Below, one piece after another: positions 56,101 through 64,000 of a stretch of 64,000 bases of DNA; the stretch's first letter is position 1, and each line of letters opens with the position of its first letter. The translations under genes were made by a program, and so were the position numbers. The notes under the pieces were generated by a model. That model was not told where the DNA came from. It was given only the letters and a program-made list of their open reading frames with translations, and made no database searches. This stretch comes from Albugo candida (lineage: Eukaryota), in the NCBI GenBank assembly GCA_040437565.1, contig JBDOQK010000005.1, positions 806,001 through 870,000 on the forward strand, in the 5' to 3' direction.

Positions 56101-59100
56101 TCCAAAACCTCGGATCTTCTGACTAGTAATTGACCCGTGCTTTCAATGATCCCAAAAATTTCATCTTCATTACCATAGGTGATCGAATAGCTGAGAAATT
56201 GACCAACATCAGGGTCTGTAGCCACTACTGGTTCTCCAACAAAGACCCCGGCAACTTCATTTTCATAAACATGAAATATAGAAGCAGAGGCAACTGGAGC
56301 CTCATTCACGTCCAAGATTCGTATTGTGAAAATGGAGGTACTGCAAACATTGGAAGGATCGCAACCTCTTAGCATTACATCATAAATTGGTGTAGCTTCA
56401 TAATCCACCACTTCATCCATACTTGTAATAATGCAATAGGACTGATGCTCTATTATGACAGTGAATGGTTGAGAGGAATTGCTCTCATTCAATTCGAGTA
56501 AATATATATGCACGGGTTGTTTCTCAGGATCAATTGCTATCGGAGTGGCTGATGTGTTGACAATAACGGTACCCCCGGGACTGTTTTCAACGACACTGGC
56601 GGTGTTGAGTATAAAATAAGGTGCTTCATTCAGGTCATTCACGTTGATATCAATATATTCTTGCGCTGATAAACCTAGGGGATCCGTTACCTTCACATGA
56701 ACTGTATACTTTTGTACCGACTCGTAATCGAAAATTTTGCTGTCTGTTGCAAATATAAAGCCTGAAACTTGGTCTACTCGGAAGAGAGAGCTATTTTCGC
56801 TAGGTACCATCTCGAACAGCAAATTATCCGAGTCGATATCAACCGCAATGATACGTGCTATAGCTTCGGATAGCTTTGGCGATGCTCCAGGTATGAATTC
56901 ATCAACATTACCAGTAAGGTGAGACAAGATCGTGGGAGCTTCATTGACATTAATCAGATGAATGTATACAGACGAATTACTAGTGCAAACCGGAATTCCA
57001 TCATCTGTAGCATAAACATCCACAACCACCATTGACGCTCTCTCAAAGTCAAGTAGTTCAACCGACAAGACCGCGATCTGACCGCTTATTTGATCAATTG
57101 TAAAGGTCCCAGTTTCATCGATAAGTTTGTAGTGGATCCTTGAACTAGGCGTAGCAGTACCAGTTGCGTGGTCTTGATCTGTCACGGCAATTGGGGATCC
57201 TATGAATGTTCCTGCTGCGCTGTTCTCGGGTACACTCCTCTCTGATCTTCCTGTTGAAGCGGCTTCAGGAAAAATTGGGCAATCATTTATATCAACGACT
57301 TTGAGAGTAGGAGTGCAACTAACGATGTTGCTTCCATCAGTTGCGCGAACTTCAATGCGATATAATGAAACTTTCTCATAGTCAAGAAGCGCTTGGTTTT
57401 GTAAATACAGATCTCCTTCTGTTCCTATACTGAAAATGCTCGTACTTTCGTGCGAGTCTACAAAGTAAGAGACCCTTGCACCTTCGGGATCAATCGCAGA
57501 TACTCTTCCGAGATAGAATTCCATCTGAGGGCCGTTTTCCTCAGCTGACGCTGTAAATTCATCCATACAAATCGGTGGCTCATTTTGATTAATAACATTG
57601 ACGCTCATATCGCAGAAGATAGTTTGGTATGTTTTCACAGTAGCAGAATATTGCAATCGGTAGGTGTTTTGGGTTTCATAGTCGAGAGTTTGGCCAGGTC
57701 GGAGTAAGAACTCACCGCTTGACTCGTTGACGGTAAATGACGTCAGAACATGTTTGTCTGTGCTAATAAGAGTATAAAAGTCAGCAAAGATACTTGCACT
57801 TTGTTTTGGTGTGGATGCATCGATAACTTCGAGAAACCCGAGGGACACATCACCCGTATTCTCCAGAGCCTCCATAACTTTTGGAGGCGTGGGGCATGCA
57901 ATGGTTACAGCTACCGCCATTCCAGTAAGCGCACATCGAGCTTTGATGGTATGCATGCCATCACTTACGTCAAGTATAAGGGTGTAAGATACCAATTCGA
58001 GGTTTGAAAATCCTCCCGTTCGGTTTATGAACAAGAAGCCGTCATTACTTACATCGAAGGGCAAAAGGGTAAGTGCATCACTACTATTTCTTGTTGCTGA
58101 ACTGATTGAATATGACATCCTCCGTTGTTCAGGGTCTTGCAAGAGCAATTTGATAAGCCGATCACCGTATTTGGCGTCTTGATGATAAGTTACATTGTAG
58201 ATAGTACTGCCGAATGGAGGTTCATCAAAATCAATGATATTTATCACTGCGACGCATGTTGTTGTAGCTCCATGGCTATCTTTTGCCAATACTTCAACAT
58301 AGTGGATAGACTGTGTCTCGAAATCCAGATTAACCCTTGTATGAAGTCGACCGAGATCATCTATCCTGAAGGTTGATGTCGCGTTCAACAACTGATACAC
58401 AAATGACAGATCAGTGGCGTCTTCATCGGACACAATCACACCAGTTTCTGATATGATTGATTCTGGTGCCGCTGTCTCGCTTATCTGATAGTGTGGACAG
58501 GAGGCTTGAGGTGCATCATTTTCATTTTTTATTTGCACATCGAAATTGATGAAAGCACAGAGGTCGTAATCAATAATTTGAACCGATATAGTGTGCTTTG
58601 GGCGAGATTCATAATTGATACCAGTGGAGCCTACCATCAGCGAATTATTTTGTATGTAGAAAGCTCCTTCCACACTCTGATTTCGCAAAATAAACTTAAG
58701 ATCACGACTTTCTTCTGGATCCCTGACAATCGTATTCAAGGGAGCCGCATGATCAACCTCAGTGCCTTCAGCACTATTCTCAGAAACCGATATTTCTTCG
58801 GTTGGCAGAAGCATTGGAGCTTCATTGACATCATTGACAATGACTTTATACAGACATTGTTTTGATAAAGCCTCTGGTGACCAGTCCTGGACTGAAACTA
58901 TGACTCTTATTGATTTCTGTAACATCGATACATCGAATACTCGTACCCAATCGCTATTTTTGTAGCGGAGATAGAGAGCCTCTTTGCTTGATGGGATCTT
59001 GATTGACATGATTCCGTCGAATATTACACCCCTTCCGATCCCAACATGATGCGAGCTGACTTTGATTACGAGGGAATTCGATGCATCGCCATTCGACGTT

Positions 59101-62100
59101 CGTAATGCTAAGGCGTCTTGAAGCATAGACAGCAATGTTTCTTTGCTTAATTCGGTAGCGGGAAAGTCTTGGGAATTCCTATAATTGAATGATAATTGCG
59201 CTTGTGTTGAGCCTGACGTATCCATGAGTAATCGCACGCTGGAGACGTTAAGCTCTGAATGCCCATCTTCTATACGCATAAAAAGATCCAGTGCATCGAA
59301 TGCTAGCGACTCATAGTCGAGGCAAGCGCTTGAGTAGACATAAACCTGTCCTGTCACCTTATCAATAGAGAAACAGCCGGCTATGTCTTGACTTGCGATT
59401 GCATAAAATACTCCTCCGTCGAGGTCTTGGTCGTGAGCCAGGATTGCCGATCCAATAACACTTCCTATCGGTGAGTTTTCATCTACATATGCATTGGTAT
59501 GTTGCGTTGTTGAGAAATTGGGTGCTTCATTCACATCCTGTATCATGATAGATAAATTAGCTGGCGAAGAAATCAAGCCACCTCGATCGATAGTAATGAA
59601 TGTGAGAATATGATGATTTTGTTCTTCATAATCTAACGGACGAAAGTTCCAGATCCTGTAGCTCGCATCCAAACTGAAAAAGCACGGGGACGGGCTGCAT
59701 TTGATCAATTCAATTGTATGTTCGTCATCAACGTCTTCGTCTTGTACAGAAGCCAGTGATCCTTCAAGTTGCACTGACACGTTTGTATTTTCTTTAACAA
59801 ACGTACCGGAAGTGATTTGCAATGATGGAGCCTCATTGATATCCAGTACGCTAACAATGACTGTAAAGTTGCTACTAAGTGGAGGGTTACCCGAATCCAT
59901 TGCATTGATCACGAGAGTCGTACTGTTTTGTCTCTCAAAATTTAGCTCACTATGGCGACGGTATACGCTTAAATGATTGCTGCTCGTGCTACCGCAGCTT
60001 TCTCCTTCGAAGCAGCGAGCATCACACGACGCATAATTCAGTGCCTCTGACGAGATTGCAGGTTCTTCGTTTGTGCACAGGCACCTTAAATCGACCTCTC
60101 TCTGAATGGTCATAAATTGGTGCATTTTGCATGCAACTGAGCAATCTGCTAGCATTCTGGATGGTAAAGTAGAATTGATCAGAGCCAAATTTCTCTTGAG
60201 TATTCTGAAACACCCAATAAAGACGTTCTGAGGCCCATTACCGACGCTCAGCTGACCGGTCAGAGAGTTAATTGTAAAGAATTCTTCTTCGTTTCCATCA
60301 ACCAGCATGAATGAAATGGTTTGCCATGTATCAGGGTCTGTTGCAAGGAGTTGATCGTGCACGATGGTCCCTTGCCTCGAATTTTCTGGTATTGTGCGCA
60401 TCTGATTGTATACTATAGGTGGTTCATTCACATCTTGGACGAGTACAGTCAAGGTCATAGTGGCATATTTGGTATCCATTTTGCTTTTACTGACCAAAAT
60501 AGTTAGCTGATAAGTGGCAGTGACCTCATAATCAAGTCGTGCCTTTGCAACCCATAGTGATCCATTCGCCAAAACAAATATGCCATTTTCGTTCCCACCA
60601 GTTATGTTGTAGAAAAGATTGCCGTTCTGTACATGACTAGCACCAAGAAACCCAACGAATTGACCTACCTGAGTGTTTTCAGCGATTGTGAAGACGGATG
60701 TATTACTAATTACGGGTAATTCGTCCTCATCAACCACAGACAAAGTGACAAGGGACGGATTACTTGTCAGATTACTTGGATCTTGAACTGTGACTTGAAA
60801 AGCGTACTGACTTTGTCGTTCATAGTCCAAACTCGCGTCTTTTCGTAATCGAATAGCTCCAGTGTAGGGCTGAATTTCCAATATACGAACAATGTCGTCA
60901 GCCGTACCATCTGCGAATGAGTAAATTAAACCAGAATTTCCTGTGTCATCGTCATCTGCAACAATATGATCAACCGCTGCAAAAGAGACTACATTAGTCT
61001 GTGAGAGCTCCAGGCCGTTCAGGTATCCAACTGTGTGCCATGACTTGTGTAGTGTGTTGTAGTATCGAATCGCGATGGTAGATACGCAATGATTTGGGCT
61101 TTCGGAAGACCTTATCATGATTTTTGAGGCATCAACGACTTGAGAAAAATATATATCAATACTAGCTCCCATGTCGTCCCCATTGATCGATTGGAATGTA
61201 TAGGTAGTGTCTCGATCATTGTCTATTGCCTTTTTCAAACTATCAAATGTAGCGCCGTCGGAAGAAGTCATATTTGAGACTACCTCCATAAGATGCAAGC
61301 GTTTGCGCTCTGAAAACCATACTATTTCACTGATTGAGAAGGACTCGATTCCTTTATCTTGAACCACTAGCAGCTGCCACCTCGAACTATACTGTCTTGC
61401 TTCGCCTCGTACCGGTGCTCCATCAACAAGTAATGAACTAACAGAAGAGCTGCTGGATACATTAGGAATGATATAGTGACTGTAATTTCTTCGCACCAGT
61501 TCATCACTCTCAAATCTACAATAGAGCGATTATTAAATATATGAGAGCACGCCAAATCGTCATGGTACCTGTGGTAAGAAATCAGAGAAGCGTCGGGGTA
61601 TGTGATCACTTTGTTGTATACATTCCGCAAAAATTCATGTGTTTTCTCTTCAGACCAGCACCTTACCTCATCAATCCAAAAGGAAAAGGGTTTGCTAGGG
61701 CACATAAGCTCATCAAAGCAGGTACCAAAAATAATGACTTCCGGATTAAGAGGCACCCCAAACAGTGGGAGCACCACCGAAGTCGGTAGGTTTTGTTGAA
61801 TCACGCGGGATCCATCGATATATATATTTAACATACCAGTGTCAGAACTGAACGTAGTTGCTATATGATACCATACGCTCTTATCCATGCGATATCGCGT
61901 ATCCAGACTTGCACTACCAAGTGTGATTTGCAATGTGTCTGCAGAGTAGATCCACTGTAAGAATAACAACTTTTCTGACCTATTCGTTTGTTTGAGGTAC
62001 AAAGTCAGCAAACTCCCTTCGTTTTGCTGCAAATTTATCCAACCATCCACGGTGAACTTACTTAGTAAAGGCCATGACTCTAGATGCATAAGAGTATATG

Positions 62101-64000
62101 GGTGAAAAGGCATCTTTATCGACAGGGAATGCATTGAGATTAAAGCTGCTTTTAACGGAGCATCATTTGTCAAATAGCTGTCCTGCTGGATCAATTCTCC
62201 CGGTGCTGTAGGCAAAAGCCTCTCAAACATTTCACAATCAGCGCACGGAACGGTGCAACCCGCTCCGTCTTGTAAAATACGGTCTGTCAGACGACATATC
62301 GCCTTTTCTGTCTGGTACACGCCTCCAAAACATTCAGAACGAGATGCGCAAGCGCTCATGCAGGATGGGAGGCTATTGCAATGCGACACAAGCGCTATCG
62401 CGGTAGTTGTTAGGTCACAAGCTCCGCGCTGATTGAATAGAGTTTGAATGAGTTGACCCGCTTTTGCGCTTTCTTCGATAAAAAAATGCTGATTTGGTAG
62501 AATCCACGGCTTTTCATTCACGTCTGCGATGATAATGTCAAGCGAGCTCTTCTTCAGTGCACCTTCATGATCCCAAGCGACAATACTAATATTGTAAAAT
62601 TCTCGCATCTCATGATCAACAAAGCCTCCAAGCAATATGTAATGCGTAGTAGCATTGATATGATCAAGTCTGAATGTCGTGGTGGTAGTTGATAAAGAGG
62701 CATCGAGTGTCTCATTGATGTCTTCGTCGTACAGAACCAGTTGTGCAATCACCGTTCCAATTCCAAGATTCTCAGGTACAATAACGCTTGTCAGCTCGGA
62801 AGTACCCTCTGCAGTTAGAAATTTTGCTTCAGGAGGATCATTCCTATCGTCGACCATAATACTTACACTCATGTATGTGAAGTGAAGAGAAGATTTCGCA
62901 TTTCGGACCACCACGGTGAGATTGGGGTAATATGACTTGGCCTCGTAGTTGAGATTACTCATAACGGAAATTTGCCCTGACGAATTTGAGATAGTGAACG
63001 GTATATCCGCTGTCATTGTTCGGGCGAATTCAAACAGAAAAAAGTTGGAGCTACCACGTTTTCCGCTGTCTTCATCCCTGCAATGATTCCATAACGCTTC
63101 ACCCACTGGAATTTCGATTACGGCATCCTCGGGAACATTGAAGTCCGCAGTTTGATCACATTGGGGAGACTCTATCTCATTCAAGATCCAAATAGTCGCT
63201 GTGCAAGTGCCAATTAACGGTACAACGGTATCGTCTCTCACTTCAATCTCCAGGATGAATTTTGTTGCTGTTTCAAAATCGGATGTATTCGTACCGACCG
63301 AGAGATCACCGGTCGATTTGCTAATGCGAAACATGTCATACTCGTTGCCATTGAATACTGAATATTCGACCGCATTTCCACCAAGCCCGTCCACAGCGAT
63401 CACATTGCCAATCCAGGATCCAGTCGGAGAGTTTTCAAGCAGAGAAAAGCTCATATCAAAACACTCGGGTGGATAATATGCACCAAAAAGAGCCACCTCA
63501 AGCGTTATCTCTGAGTACATTTGATCAGTTCCACTACTCAGGAAATCAGTCACTTTGACCGTTACATTGTAGCATGTATTGACCTTGATCGTGACAGTTG
63601 GTCGTACCACAAGAACACATAACGTCGGATCCACTTGAGCTTGCAGTTCGAAGCTGGATGCCACATCTTGAGATATTGAGCATTTTCCTCCAGTTTGATC
63701 AACATCTGGATCTACGACGTGTAAGCGAATGGTTGAATACGATTTGGTCCCAAAAAGAAGCTGGGTGATGTTGATTTGGTAGTTCTTCTGGTTGAATACT
63801 GCGTCTGCAAAATAAGGCGGATCAGGGTAGTCTAAAATGACGACATCAAAGCTTGGTTTTGATAAAGCATACAAACCATCAGAATCAACCACTTTTATCA
63901 CGAGTTTGTAGATGTTTATACTATTGATGTCCAACTGACCCGCAACGGAAATAAGGCCGGTATCAACGTTTATACTAAAGTGCCCCAATGGGTCACCACT
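23152..64000 (-). CDS. Giant 9-TM (nonagonal-type) cadherin, 5' end beyond the window; about 12,058 aa encoded here
   Basis: About 70 repeats carry the cadherin Ca2+-binding motifs (xE, DxD, LDYE, DxNExP), followed by IPT/TIG repeats, a Cys-rich region and nine hydrophobic helices. The ORF fragments join in frame once ten gap-flank duplications (4619 nt total by my count) and intron 61516-61568 are removed, leaving 36177 nt = 12059 codons including the stop. Confidence 0.93.
27300..33070 (-). repeat. About 14 IPT/TIG-like repeats (protein-level)
   Basis: Recurrent 'T.GG..i.I.G.NFG ... C ... C...pG.G....W.V.v.g..S ... Y..P.I' units, for example LSTIGGDQLRILGSGFG, LQTSGNEEVIISGLNFG and NSTEGGDEMRIKGENLG. 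Confidence 0.8.
33080..64000 (-). repeat. Array of about 70 diverged extracellular cadherin repeats (protein-level repeat)
   Basis: Manual non-redundant count of about 71 linker motifs of the DVNEAP/DINEPP/NVNEPP type, roughly 110 aa apart, each usually preceded by (L/F)D(Y/F)E and DPD/DxD motifs. Confidence 0.9.
61516..61568 (-). other. 53-nt GT-AG intron; the only intron needed in the 41 kb of the cadherin gene seen here
   Basis: CACAG|GTACCATG...ATTGTAG|ATTTGAG joins ORF 61367-63988 to ORF 55020-61496 as 'LISYHR|FESDEL', restoring a LamG-like C-terminal 'Y.RFE' motif. Confidence 0.85.

Noticed and set aside
61367-61496. Overlapping ORFs suggesting a programmed frameshift or pseudogene
   Set aside because: Fully explained by the 53-nt GT-AG intron at 61516-61568.
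23417-63476. Many short plus-strand ORFs over the cadherin gene
   Set aside because: Antisense shadows of the long minus-strand frame.
1-64000. CRISPR arrays, prokaryotic operons, transposases, rRNA/tRNA genes
   Set aside because: None seen; the repeats are protein-level or assembly-derived and the gene structure is eukaryotic.

Overview
Eukaryotic, gene-dense draft-assembly DNA with short (about 50-65 nt) spliceosomal introns; gene content points to an oomycete (Albugo-like, inferred). The first 21 kb holds housekeeping genes: CDP-diacylglycerol synthase, a small KIX-like protein, a 7-exon ROGDI/Rav2 homolog barely visible in the ORF track, a TPR protein, a multi-pass membrane protein, a p24/GOLD protein with an extra domain, a CoqF-type flavin monooxygenase and NDUFAF6. 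The remaining 41 kb (23152 to beyond 64000, minus strand) is one giant gene for a 9-TM stramenopile ('nonagonal'-type) cadherin. After collapsing gap-flanking duplications and one 53-nt intron it reads as a continuous frame of about 12,058 aa within the window. It has about 70 cadherin repeats with lectin-like modules nested inside individual repeats, about 14 IPT/TIG repeats, a Cys-rich stalk, 9 TM helices and a cytoplasmic tail. Twenty of the 21 100-N gaps are flanked by duplicated sequence (unmerged contig or haplotype overlaps), which explains the apparent tandem duplications and ORF fragmentation. All domain calls come from motif recognition by eye; no searches were run.
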